64,000 nt of DNA from Azolla caroliniana (lineage: Eukaryota; Plantae; Polypodiophyta), in NCBI GenBank assembly GCA_043228905.1, contig JBHGNT010000013.1:4836001-4900000 (forward strand), read 5' to 3'. This document shows positions 36,838 through 50,000 of the stretch, piece by piece. The notes under the pieces are model-generated. The model was not told the origin of the DNA. It did not search any database and worked only from the letters and a program-made list of their open reading frames with translations. Positions within the stretch are counted from its first letter, which is position 1. Every line of letters begins with the position of its first letter. The position numbers and the translations under genes are program-made.

Positions 36838-37224
36838 GTCTGTGTCAAGGTCGGATTGTGGTGGCGAGGTTGGCTGGTGATGAGAGTGAGAGTGAGAGTG
36901 AGAGAGAGAGAGTTCAGAAGGGGGGGGTTCTCTGTGCGTAGGTTCTCGTCTGATGATCTTCCAGCGCCTTGGTGCTTCTGTGCTCTTGGGTTCGCGAAAG
37001 TAGAGGGTCTCCACGCGCAGTGGTTTTTCTCTGTGCATTCTGGCGCCTTTTTCGAGTGTGTGCACGTCGTGTACTAAAATAGCATTATGTCTTGTGGTGG
37101 CGCTTAAATGCCCACTACGTACCTTTTCGCTCCTCGCTCTCTCTCATACCTCGCTTTTGCCTGATTACTTCACTCTTCTTCTTTTTTCTTCTTTTTTTTC
37201 TTTTTTTTTTAATGTGGTGTGAGG

Positions 37225-40200
37225 TTAGTTTTCCGTTGGTCCTATCGGACCCTTACCGGCCTCATTACGGTTTGTCGTCGCCTCATTCTCCCCTGTTACC
37301 GGCTTGCCGTCTCCTCCGTCTTGGTGGTTGTCGTTCCCCTCACAGGTTGCCGTTTCCTCACCGGTGTCGGTCCTTTGCTCAAATGGGTTCTTGGGCATTG
37401 GTCCTCTATATGGCTTCAATCGGAATCCGTTGACCCATTTGCCTAGCACTTTGCCGGCAAGTGTCCCTAACTGGTACGGCCCATTATACTCACGTGTTAG
37501 CCAATACGGACCGGTCGATCTAAACCGTAGTTTACCCGGCATCTTGCCCATCCGGGTCTGAAATACTAACACCGGCTTGCCGATTGCGAACACTTTTTCA
37601 TTTCCTTTCCTGTGCCGGTCGACAAATGCTTTCCGTCGCCGTTGTTCCAATTCTAAGTGCAAGATGCTTGCCAGTCGTTGTTCCTCGAGTTCACACAGCG
37701 TTGTTAACCATATTGCCTCCGATTCCTTCTTGTTCAGCCGTTCCCGTAGCTGGATCCGTAAGCTTGGTACTTGGAATTCCACCGGCATGACCGACCGCCT
37801 CTAGTCCGAAAGCTAACCGGAATGGTGTTGTCCGGATGCTCGTTTTGTATGTTGTCCAGTATGCCCAAAGCGCGCTATGTAGCTTGGTATCCCAATCCGT
37901 TCGGTTTTCGTTGACGATCTTCCGGAGGATATTCTGGATCGTTTTGTTCGTCGATTCAGCTAACCCGTTCGCTTGCGGATAGTATGGTGTGCTCCGTTTA
38001 CGAACAACGACATAGAATGTCGTCAGGCTTTCAACTACTTGGCCGAGAAAGTGTCCCCCTTGGTCGCTTATTAATTCGATTGGGCATCCGTAACGGCACC
38101 AGATGTACTCGTATAGAAATTTTGCCGTTGACGCAGTGGTGTTGTCTCTTAAGGCTTTGGCCTCCACCCATTTCGTGCAGTAATCCGTCGTGACGATGAC
38201 GTACCGATTACCTGTTCTTATTACAGGTGGTTTGAACGGTCCAACAAAGTCCAGCCCCCACTTCTGGAATGGTTCGAGTGGTAGTACAGGCTGGTGTGGC
38301 ATCCGAGCCTGCTCTGTTGGCTGGCCCATTCGCTGGCATAGGTCACATTCTTTTGCGTACCGTACAGCATCTCTTAATGTCGTTGGCCACCATAGGCCAC
38401 TTTGCCATATTTTCCTGGCCGTCGCATCTCCGGCATAGTGACCTCCGGCAACTCCACAGTGGGCTTCCCTCAGTATGAGGTCCTTTTCATCGTTGCGCAC
38501 AGCCCGTCTCCATATGCCGCCCGCGCCCTTGTGGTAAAGTGTGTCTCGCAATAAACAGAAATGTCGGTTTTGCACCGCCAGGCGTTTCCTTTCGTCCCGG
38601 TTCATCTCTTCCGGAGGCAATCTTGTGCTCAGAAACTGGTGCATATTTGTGAGCCACTTGTCTTCCTGTGCCACCGTCTCATCTGTTGTCGTTTCCATAG
38701 TGACTCGAAACAGCTCCGCATCCAGAAACTCGTCCGCTACTCCGTCACCCATCTCTCCGGACTCTAGTCGGCTTAAGTAATCCGCCACGGCATGCTGTAT
38801 ACCGGGTCGGTGGAATATTTCAAACTCGAATTCTTGTAACAGTAAGGTCCACCGGGCCAACTTACCGGTGAGTGACGCCTTGGACACCAGGTAAAGGAGT
38901 GTTGAATGATCTACATGGAAGGAAAACTTCCTTCCCAATAAATAATACCGAAACTTTGTCACACTGTAGATCATCCCTAGAGCTTCCCGTTCTGTGGTAG
39001 AGTAGTTCCGTTCCGCTTGGGATAGCTTTCAGCTGGCATAGTACACTGGCCGGTACCACTTTGGCTCCGTAAGTTGCATCAGTACGCTTCCGATTGCGAT
39101 GTCGGAGGCATCCACGAACACATGAAATTCTTTACTCCAATCCGGAGGTTGCACTACCGGTGCTTGCGACAATAGTACCTTGAGGGCCCTATACGCCCTA
39201 TCCTCGGTGTCGGTCCACTAGAATGGTGTCCGATGTACGGCGGCATGCAACGGTGTAGCCAGGTCGGCCAAGTATCGGAGCATCCGGCTGTGCCACCGGA
39301 TCTGGCCTAAGAACCGGCTCAATTCCTTTGCCGTTGCCGGCGTTGGTGCTTCTAATATGGCTTTCACTTTGTCTGGGTCGACTGCAATGCCTTCCTGGCT
39401 CACAATATGTCCTAGTAAGGTTCCATTGGACACGCCAAATACACACTTCGCCGGATTCAAACTTACCCGGTACGCTCTACACTTTTCTAGACAAAGACGG
39501 AGGTGCTGAAAATGGTCCTCCTCCCGGCTATAGACGGCGAAATCGTCAAGGAAAACCTGCATAAAAGCCGGGATATATTCACCAAAGATTTCCATCATGA
39601 TTCGTTGAAATGTTGCCGGTGCCGTTTTGAGTCTGAACATCATCACCACGGCCACAAACACCCCCCATTCGTTGACGAAAGCCATTTTCTCTTGGTCGTC
39701 GGGGTGCATCCGGATCTGATTATACCCGCTGAATCCGTCTAGAAAGCTATAGACCTCATGGCCGGCGACGGCATCCAACACTCCATCTGTGAACGGAAGT
39801 GGAAACGCATCCGTTACCGTAGCCACATTGAGTTTCCGGTAGTCCACACAAACTCGAATTTTTCCGTTATTCTTCAGTACGACTACGATCGGGCTCAACC
39901 ATGTCGCTTTCTTTACCGAACGGATAAAGCCAACTCTTAGCAGTTTGTCGATTTCCTCCTTGACTTTGGCGGCATAATTGGGATTCATCCGGTACCATCT
40001 TTGTGCCACTGGTTTTGTGTCCTTGCTCAAGTGAATCTGATGCTGGTATAACTGAGGGTCGAGTCCTCGCATGTCTTCGTATGACCAGGCAAACACGTCG
40101 CGAAATTCCGTGAGAAGTCTGATCATCGCCGTTTTGTCTTCGGACTTCATCTCCTTGGCGATGTGCACCGGTTTTGCTTCGTCCGTGGTCCCTAGGTTCA

Positions 40201-43127
40201 CCTCTTCAAGTTGCGACGCTTTTACGCACTGTGAAACGGCCATTTCCCGTTCCAACGCTTCCTGCGCTTGCCGTAACTCTCGGATTGCGTCTTTATCCGG
40301 TTCTGCTTCAGTCTCTTCCGACTGCGGTAAGTATGGTGCTACGGCTTCGGCAATGTCAATTTCGAAGAGGGGTACGATCTTCGGGTTTTCCTGCAAGTAC
40401 TGAGCTTCTTCTTCGTCAGCTAACCCTTCTAGCATGTTGACGCACTCTACATACAACGGTGTACATTCCTTGCCAGTGCTCGTCCTTGGCTGTGTTGGTA
40501 CCCGTACCTTGGCTTTTCCTCGCCGGAAGGTAATTATATTTTTCCTCCAATTCTGTTTGATATGTGCCGTTTTCAACCACGGCCGCCCCAGCAATAGCGG
40601 GTATGCGCCTTGTGCCTGTAATTGTAGCACTACTGCCAAGATGTGAAATGTATGACCGCCAACGGTGACTTCTAATTTTCGTATTAATCCTGTCGGCCGC
40701 ACTGAGCTTGTATCGGCCATCCGTAACTAGAATGGACACGGCTCCCACTCGTGGATTCCTAGGGCATCACACGTTCGGAGGCTTATTACATTCACCCCGG
40801 AGCCTCCGTCTATTACTGTACTGGGGAGTTCTTTCCCTTTTACAATCACCGTAATTACCGGACTGTTGGTGTCCACCACCGTTGGTCCCTCCTCCGGATT
40901 CGAGAAGAGTATCGGTGCCGGTGATGATTCTCCTTCCGTCATCGCTGTCTTCAGTCCTTCCGTGAATCTCGGCACGAGCTGAAGGAGTCTTCCTAGTGGC
41001 AGCGTAATCTAGTATTCTTGCAACGCCTGCCATGTCTCGTTTCCGGCGTGACTGCCGCCGGCAAGCCCTACGGTGTTCTCCTTTTGCCGCTGTAAGTCTA
41101 TTACGTTTTGCTCGTTTGCTTTCTTCACTCATTTTGTCGCTTGCTTCCGAATGGTCTCCTGCGTCTCCCATTCCTTGGCCATGCCCTTCGAACTTGTGGT
41201 CACCTGCTGCAGATCTGCCACTTCAGGGACTACCATATTTACTGTCGGTCGTTTGTCATAGCTCTTCGCCGGGCCTTGATTACTATAATGGCCTTCCTGT
41301 CGGCAGTAGTAGCAGTAGGCTTTCCGGGTATTGTTGGATTCGGCATTGTCTGTTGTACCCGAGGCCGTTCCTGTGGTAAGCGCGGGGTTTTGGGCCAGTT
41401 GGCTGCTTGAAGCTCCTTGTTCCGGATCCCGTGGGTAGCCAGCCGCCTTTTTTGAAATGCCGTTTTTTGTTATAGTTCTTCTTATTGCGGTACTCTTGAC
41501 GAGGTTGGTCGTTATATCTGTCGTGTTCCTCCCATTGCTGACGATACCCGGGGGAGTGCTCCCGGTCGTAATGTTCGTATCGTCTATTGTAATCCCGGTA
41601 CCGATCATATCTATCATGCCGGTCGTAGTTATCCCGCCGATCACTGTACCGGACATCATTCTCTCGTCGATCGCCATACCGAACATCCTGTGCCAGTCGG
41701 TCGCGGTCCATTCGCCGCCAGCGTTCCTCTTCTTCATCCCGGCTGCTGCGTGGCTCTATTTGTCGGACGGGCGGTGCTTGCCGGTTCAATAGATTATACT
41801 CGCACCTATCCGTCGTATGGCCCTTGGATTGACAGATTACACATTGCATCCTCATAGTGCATTCTAGTGCCGAGTGTCCGGAATTCAAGCAGGTTGTGCA
41901 CTGTATTGCTTGCCGAAACCGGAGGTCTTCATCGGACGGTAACACCCGTTGGAGTACTCCCAGTGTGAGCCAGGAGCTTGTCTTTTCCATCTCTCTCACT
42001 CGGTCAATGACTTGGTCGATGGTACTTGCGCGGAAGTCAATTACCGTGCACACCGTGCGTAGGGGTTCCCGGAGCGCATTCAGAAATATAGACCGTAATT
42101 CCTCCTCCGGGGGTGCGCGGGTAAGCTGACTATGCATCCGTTGAAACCAGATGACAAACTGGGGAATGCTCTCCCCTGCCTCCTGTCGGATGGTATAAAA
42201 CAAGCCCACCATTACTGTCTGGTCCACCTCCTTTTGGAAAAAATGCAAGAATTTAGCTTTTAAATCTGCGAAGGTGGTGATGGTAGACGGATCCTACGTC
42301 TGGCGCCATCTCACTACCGGTCCTTCCAATGTGACGCCAAATTCCGCTATCTTAGAGCGTTCCTCTTCCTCCGGGGTCAATCGCTGGGACACATGGTTTT
42401 CTTCCCATGTCTGTTCAAAGGCGTGAACATGAGCTTCTGCGTCCGGATCATCTCTATACTTGGAGTATTGGAACGGCATGTCGTCGTCCGGTATCGGTGC
42501 GCGGGCTGGCGGTGTTGGTGGTCGTTCCTGGTTTCTCTCCGGCGTCGGTGGTCTTTCCTCTTCTTTTGGTGACGGAGGCCTCTTCTCCTCAACTTCCGGT
42601 GTCGGAGGTCGTTCTTCCTCTGCTGGTTTCGGAGGTTCCAGCCTTAGCACTTCCAGTTCCGGTGTCGGTAAGGTGTCCAATCCTTTGTCCTCCGGTCCGG
42701 CCGGGGTTTCGTTGCTGCAACGGTAGTTCGTGTGCACGTTGTATTCCCCTTCGGAATCCGATTCATATGCTGAAAAGGCTTCTGCTTCGCCTTCCCCGCT
42801 TGCCAACGCCTGGAGAAGGGATTCGGTTTCCCGGAGGCTGCTTAGGTTGTTGTCGTCGTCGTCAGGGTGCGATGTTTGCGGTAACCAGAGGGACTCCTCC
42901 GCTACTCTCCGGATTACGTTGGAAAACGAGCGATCCGCTCTAATTTCCTGCGCCGCTTGCTGGAAAGCTTGACGTCTCCTTTGCCTTTCGGCAAGGCGTC
43001 GAGTTCGATCTGTAACCAGGTCGTGCGTTGATCTAGTCATCCATTCGTGCCGTCGTTCGCTGCAAAAACAGGAATCGTGGTCGCCAAAAACTGTGTTAAC
43101 TCTTAGGGCCGGACAATGGCCTAACAC
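37225..43127 (-). pseudogene. gag-pol of element B
   Basis: ORF fragments 42294-43127, 41283-42248, 41129-41737, 40727-40975, 39218-40720, 37691-38974 and 37225-37788 occur in Gypsy domain order. Confidence 0.9.
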
Positions 43128-43530
43128 AGGGTGTCTACGGAAGACACTTCACCAAAGGGGTGTTACGGCAACAGGATTAGACTCAACGATTAATCCGACT
43201 TAATTAGGTTACTTAGGAAGATTGTCCTTAATATTCACACGCGTAAGATATAACAATGAATGCAAAACGGCAATTAACACAGAGAGATAACAACACTAAG
43301 CTTTATTAATTAACCGCTCCTCATTACATTGTCTCCGGGCTTTTAAATAGGTTTCCGGTCTGTAGTACAAAATGGTGCCATCCGCACCTGTTCGGGATCG
43401 GTCCGGATCCGGAACGGCATACCGATTCCGGTCCGTCCGTCCACACTACTAATAGCTTACATACAACCATTCCTAATAATTAAATAACTCCTTCGTTTCA
43501 CACTCTAGACTCCTTTGCCGGCCGGTAACA

Positions 43531-43727
43531 CAATATCCCGACTAGTGTCCGAATTACTTCAATACCAAGGAAGTAATGGAGCTCGTGCATATCTTTCATT
43601 TCGAATCTGCCGGATAGGAGTGGTTTTACCTTATTAATCTCAATGAGATCCTTTCCTCTGATGACCATATCATCCACATATAGGATAATGACAATCAGGT
43701 TGTTCGACTCATTTCAGATGTACAGGG
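43531..43727 (-). pseudogene. Copia RT fragment
   Basis: Similar to 45361-45555 (ILYVDD region). Confidence 0.75.
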
Positions 43728-44054
43728 TGTTGAGAACGGAGCCGTGTCGTGCAGAACAAATCAAGGCTCTCCTAAAGTGAGGATCATAAGGGGATGCAAG
43801 GAAGGTAGATTGATGGCAACTAGAGACAGAATCAAGCAACAAGATCAAACAAGAATGCAAGAGAGAGAAATGATTAGGCACAAGATAAACTATATTTCAA
43901 CCAACCACCAAACTAGGTTACAAAGTCAATTTATATATTGACTGACTTAGGACAACTGCCCTTCTCACTATTTACAGAAATAAGCTAAACCTAATGTGTA
44001 CAAAAGGAGACAATGTGAATACGTTCATTAGACACCCGCATTCCACACTCCCCC
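43728..44054 (-). repeat. Probable 3' LTR plus PPT of another element
   Basis: TGTTGAG...TTCCACA (44047), followed by CTCCCCC (minus-strand PPT). Confidence 0.55.
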
Positions 44055-44068
44055 GTAATGGGCATATA

Positions 44069-47000
44069 TGTAAAGAATCAAAAGTGATTCTATGCAGTAG
44101 AAGGACTCTGTGTGTGTATGTGCACGTAATAGAAGAGAGAGAATGAGGGAGAGAGAGAGTTCTAAAACAAGAAACTGTATATTACATCCAACAGTAATTA
44201 AGTTACAAAGGGTTGGTTTAAATACCAACTAATCTAGGGCAAGTAACCAAGCTTCTACTAATTACAAAAATATCCTAGTACGGTGTCCACTGACTAGTGT
44301 GAACACTATCTCTATGGGAATTTGAGTTCGATTCTCAACACGCCCCTTCGAACACAACTTTCGTATGTCAAAAAGTCATTTCGGTTCGGCCTTTGGAATA
44401 CATCGATTCGGATGAATCGGCTTCCTTCTTTCGAAATCTTCGAACTGGGTTGTTCAGCTTTTCGACTTCATGCTTGTTGTTCGTCGTACTTCGTTTCCTC
44501 TGGTTGGTTACTTCTGCTTCTCGGCTACTTCCGTGTCACCTGTTGTACTCCCCTCCAGCTTGGCAATGTAGAGATCCTGAGACCAAGGTCCGATGCGAAT
44601 TGCCCAAGTTGGTCAACTCCTAAGGCCTTCGTAAAGATGTTAGCAATTTGAAAGTTTGTATTGATGTGTTGGAGATCGATTTCGCCGGCCTGAATGTGTT
44701 CGCGAATGAAGTGGTAGTGCACTTTGATGTGTTTAGTCTATGCGTGGAATATCGGGTTCCGAGCGAGGTAGTGTTTGCTCATGTTGTCGCAGAAGAGGCG
44801 AATTGGATCCATGATGGGAACACCCAGGTCCTTCAAGATGTGTTTAAGCCAGACAGCTTCGCACACGATGATTGTCGCGCCCCTGTATTCGGCCTCCGTG
44901 CTGGACATTGCGACTATCGGTTGTTTCTTGCTACTCCAGGAGATTTCTCCGTTGCTGAGGGAGAAGAAGAATCCGTAAGTGAACCATCTATCGGCCTTAT
45001 AACCAATCCAGTCTGTGTCCGTGTATCCTTCGAGTCGAATAAGCACATTTGACTTATACATGATGTCGTAATCCATCGTACCACTGACATACTGAAGTAT
45101 CCTCTTAGCGCAATCGAGATGGAGATTGCGTGGGTTCTGCATGAATTGGCTAAGTAGGCCGACAGAATAGTTGAGGTCGAGTCGTGTGATGGCCAGATAA
45201 ATTAGGTTGCTGATCAATTGTCGATACTGACTCGGATCGCACTTGGATGTGCCCGAATCGACATCAAGCCTAAGATTTCGGTTGAGAGGGGTAGCCACAG
45301 ATTTGCACTTGGTCATTCCGAACTTGTAGAGTAAATTGAGAACGTAGTGCCATTGAGAGATCAATATCCCGACTGGTGTTCGAATTACTTCGATGGCAAG
45401 GAAGTAATGGAGCTCGTACATATCTTTCATGTCAAATCTGCCGGATAGGTGTGATTTCACCGTATTGACTTCGGCTAGATTTAGTCCTCTGATTACCAAA
45501 TCATCCACGTATAGGATGATGACAATCGGGTTGTTCAACTCGTTTTGGATGTACAAGGAGTTGTCCAATTTCGACATTCGAAATCCGATTTGGTGAGGAT
45601 ACTGCGTGATCTTCGAATGCCAAGCATGCAGTGCTTACTTGAGGTCATACATCGGCTTCTTGAGTTGGCACACGGCTTCCGGATGAGTACGCGATTAGAA
45701 GCCAGGTGGTTGTACCATATACACCTCTTTCAATTAGCCTTGAAGAAAGGCGTTCTTGACATCCATTTGGTGGAGATGCCACCCTTCCGCGGCTGCAAGT
45801 GCAATTACGGTCCGCACAGTCGTCATCTTTGCCACAAGGGCAAAGGTCTCCTCGTAATCAACTCCATGCGTTTGTGTGTATCCCTTGGCTACAAGTTATG
45901 CTTTGAAGTGATTTATGGAGCCGTCGCCATTGTGTTTCACTTTGTAAATCCATCTGCAACCAATTGCTTTCTTGCGCGGAGATTGAGGAACGAGATTTCA
46001 TGTCTCGTTTTTGCATAAGGCTTGCATTTCTTCATTCATCACGTCGACCCATTGGGGTTCCTTCACGGCTTTGGAAAGTGTTTCCAGCTCTCGGACATTC
46101 GTTACCTTCATCATAAAGGTGCAATGATATGCCATGTACTCGTCGTAGCCGAATCGGCTTACGGGGTTCTTTTCACTGGTGGACTGGCGTAGCTTCTCGT
46201 TCGCGCAGACTAATGCTTTCTTCGCTCCTTTTTTTTGGATACTTAGGATTTCTAGGCCTTCGAACCCACTGTCAAGGGAGTGAGTTGACTCATTGTCGAT
46301 TGGATATTCGTATTCGGACATCTTGGCCTTCCCTTTGTTGAGTTTTGGACTCAGCCGAGATGTGCTTTGGTCACTCGGGGGCTCCTGTGGTCCACTAAGC
46401 CTTGTTGTAATCGGACTTTCTTCGAACATGTGTCAGAGTCGAAATTCATCTTCTATCTCTCGTTCGGCCGATTCCAGGTCGATTGGAGTAGAAATTGGAG
46501 TCGTCTCTAGATCGCACCATGCCGATTGTTAATGTGAACATGCGGAAGCGTATTACAAACCGGCTCTACTGGATAGCAACAGTTAGAGAGGAAGGTTCAA
46601 TGGAAGCTTAACACAGAGAATATGCGTGGGAGAGACAGAGATAGACAGACAGACAGACAGAACGTAAAAGTAGATTCAAAACAATAGTTCCCTATACACA
46701 TACAATGTGCTTACAGAGCACTATTTATACAAGTCCTTAGAGAACTAACAAAAGTACAGTCTACTTCAATGCTCCTACGAGCGACTAACACTAACTCCCA
46801 AAACATATGCCTACGTACTAGGCTGGATCCGTAGGCCTCTAACAGCCTACCGGTTTCAATCCGATTCGGCTCTTGGTTTCCGGATATCATCCGAACACTG
46901 ATCCGGTTCTCCAATCCGGATACCAATCCGGCCCTGGCTTTTTCAATCGATCTGGATCCGGTTGACTTTGCTCGCTCAACTCTCCTCCTCAAGCTCAACT

Positions 47001-50000
47001 TGAGGTCGGATCGTAGTGTCAATTTTTGTGGTAGTTGGTTCTTCCATCCGACTCCTTCTGGCGTCCTCCTGGCTTGCTCGCGCTCCTCGTCCTATCCGGT
47101 TCCGCCTCCCGCAACCTTTCTAGTTCCGCACACCTTGACCTCCTCAGTCAGCTTGTCTACTCAGCGGGCCCATCTCAGCTCCTTCGCTGCTACGACTTCG
47201 ACTCTTGTCGACCCATTGGTTCCTCCGTTTCGATGTCGAATTCCGATGCCTTCTCGTACACTTGACCTTCAGTTGATCTGGCTTCCTCCAATTCGTTCCA
47301 ACTCTTGTCTGAGTTGGTAGTCTCCAACTCTTCTTCCATTTTTAGACCCTTCACCACATCGAACCACGTCCGGGTCTTGGCCTTCTTCCGGTGGGCTCTG
47401 TCCTTCTTGACTCTGCCGCCACTGCCGCTTGCTCCAACTTGTTCGGATGTGCCGACTCCTTTGGTCGGCTCAGCTTCCTTTATCTGCTCATCTCCCCCCT
47501 TGGTTCTTTCTTCCTCTCCGGCTCCTTGACTAGTGCCATCTGTTCCTATTCTTGTTCTCCCGCTCAAGTGTGGCACATCGAGATGTTGAATACGGAGCAT
47601 CTCCGAAAAATGTTGCAACTTCTCCCTAAGCGGCTTGGTGAAGATGTTGGCAACCTGCCAATCTGTGTGAACATACCGAAGTTCAACTTCACCGCTCAGG
47701 ACCCGCTCATGAACAAAGTGATAATGCACTTCTATGTGCTTTGTCCGAGCATGGAATACAGGGTTCTTGGTGAGCTGTATGTTGCTTATGTTGTCACAAT
47801 AGATCAGGATCGGGAGGTTTCGCAGCAGTCATCGAAGCTAGATGGCTTCACATGTGGCAATGGTAGCACCCCGGTATTCAACCTCAATGCTCGACAAAGC
47901 CACTATTGGCTGCTTTTTGCTGCTCCTGCAACAACCACGCTACCTAGAGAAAACATGTAACCGGAGGTGGATCGGCGATCCGATACATCATCAGCCTAGT
48001 CGGCATCGGTATACCCAACCAGCTTCCCAGCTATACTGTGTTGGTATAACAGTCCCCGGTCCTCCGTGCCGCTAACATACCGAAGTATCCGGTGTGCGCA
48101 CTGAAGGTGCTCGACGGTCGGCTTCGGCATGAATTGGTTGATCACTCCGACCGGGTAATTGATGTCAAGTCGAGTGATTGACAAGTATATGAGGCTTCCG
48201 ACAATTTTTAGGAACTGTTTGTCATCGCAGGCTAGTCAGGAGTCGAGACGTAGCTTCAGGTTTCGGTCCAAGGGTGTGGAGATCAGTCAGCATTCTGTCA
48301 TGCCGAATTTGTACAGCATATTCAACACATAGTGTCTTTGTGAGAGCAATATGCCATCGGGGGTCCGGATCACCTCGATCCCATAAAAATAATGAAGGTC
48401 CCCCAAGTCCTTCATTTAAATGCATCCGACAACTGGGACTTCACTCGGCCAATTTCATCGAGTCTGGGTCTAGTGATGACTAAATCATCTACATAAAGCA
48501 AGATGCACACCGGACCACCTGGACTGTTCCGGATGAACAATGAAGAGTCAGACTTTGAGGCCGCAAACGCCATCTTACGCAACTGATGCGAGATCTTCTC
48601 ATTCCAAGCTCAGGGGCTTGCTTCAGACTGTAAAGCAACTTCTTGAGTTGGCATACTGCCGACTTGTTCATCTCCGATTGGAATACAGGGGGTTGGATCA
48701 TATAGACCCGTTCTTCAAGGTCACCTTGAAGAAATGCATTCTTCATGTCCATTTGGTGAAGATGTCATCCCCTTGCCACAGCAACATCTAGTTCCACACG
48801 AACCGTCGTCATCTTTGCTACCGGGGCGAAGGTCTCGTCGTAGTCGATTCCGTGGGTTTGTACATATCCCTTTGCCACTAACCGGGCCTTGTACCGGTTG
48901 ACCGAACCATCGGCATTGTACTTTACCTTGTACACCCATTTGCAACCGATCGTTTTACACTGTCGGGGTGGGTCAACCAAGTCCCATGTGTCGTTGGCAT
49001 CAAGTGCCCACATTTCTTCCTCCATAGCAGCATGCCACTTTGTGTCTTTTGCTGCTTCTGTGTAGCTCTCCGGCTCACGCACTTCCACCACCTTAGTCAT
49101 GTACGTATAGTGATGCGCCATGTACTCATTATACCCGTACCTCTTGACAGTGTTCTTCTGGCGGGTTGACCGGCGTAACTTGTCATTACCCGGTTTGAGG
49201 CCCTTCTTGGCCGGTTCGGACTTCATTTCAAAAGGTATGCCTACTTCCTTTCCGGAGTTGGATTCGCTCTGATCCGACTCATCGGTGTTGGTTTCGTATT
49301 CCAACATCTTCTTCTTCCCCTTCTCCTTGCACATGACTCGTCTCCTTGGTTCCTTGCGCGGGGAGAGGATGGTATAGTCTCCACTACTCGCCGGTTCTTC
49401 ATCTGGTTGGTCATTTCGACCCAGTCGCTCATTCGGCCCACTTAGCTAGAATGAGATCGGACTCTCATCTAGAGTACTAAATCCTTCATCTTCTACTTGA
49501 ACCTCTCCGGGTTCACTAGCTTCATCCTTCGGAATCGGGTCTTCGTCGGGAGTTGGAGTCGGTAGGGAGTACCATGATGCCGACTCATCAAACTCGACAT
49601 CTCCACTCACTCGAACCTACTTAGTCGGGGCATTATAGCACTTATACCCCTTCTGCTCATGCGAGTAATAGACTAGGATGCACTTCTCTGCTTCTTCCGC
49701 TTCTCATACGGTACATGCTCATATGCTATGCTACCGAATATCCGAAGGTGCCTCAAATTCGGCTTGCGCCTGAATCACAACTCGTGTGCAGAAACCTTGT
49801 CTCCGATCCAGTTTTGGATGTAGACGGCCATCCGGACCGCCTCAACCCAGTAGAATTGGGGCATGCTCTTCTCCTCCAGCATTGCCCTTGCCGCATCAAC
49901 AATCGACCGGTTCTTCCTTTCGGCCACACTGTTTTGCTCCGGTGTGTATCTGCAGCTAAATTCTGTCTGAATTCCCTTTTGCCGCAGATAACTGATGAAT

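Larger units (their letters stand above)
34911..43530 (-). mobile_element. Non-chromoviral Gypsy element B (Arg-type PBS): LTR-gag-PR-RT-RH-IN-extra ORF, 3' end deleted
   Basis: LTR 43094-43530, PBS TGGCGACCACGA at about 43075-43086. Gag with CCHC knuckles, PR (IDGGSG), RT (FLDD), RNase H and IN (H...GGH, CDLC, SDQG, ES) are present, with scattered stops and frameshifts. Confidence 0.92.

Noticed and set aside
41400-41470. Programmed frameshift within element B gag, before the third zinc knuckle
   Set aside because: The shift is +1 in an element with many other decay lesions and cannot be distinguished from a random indel.
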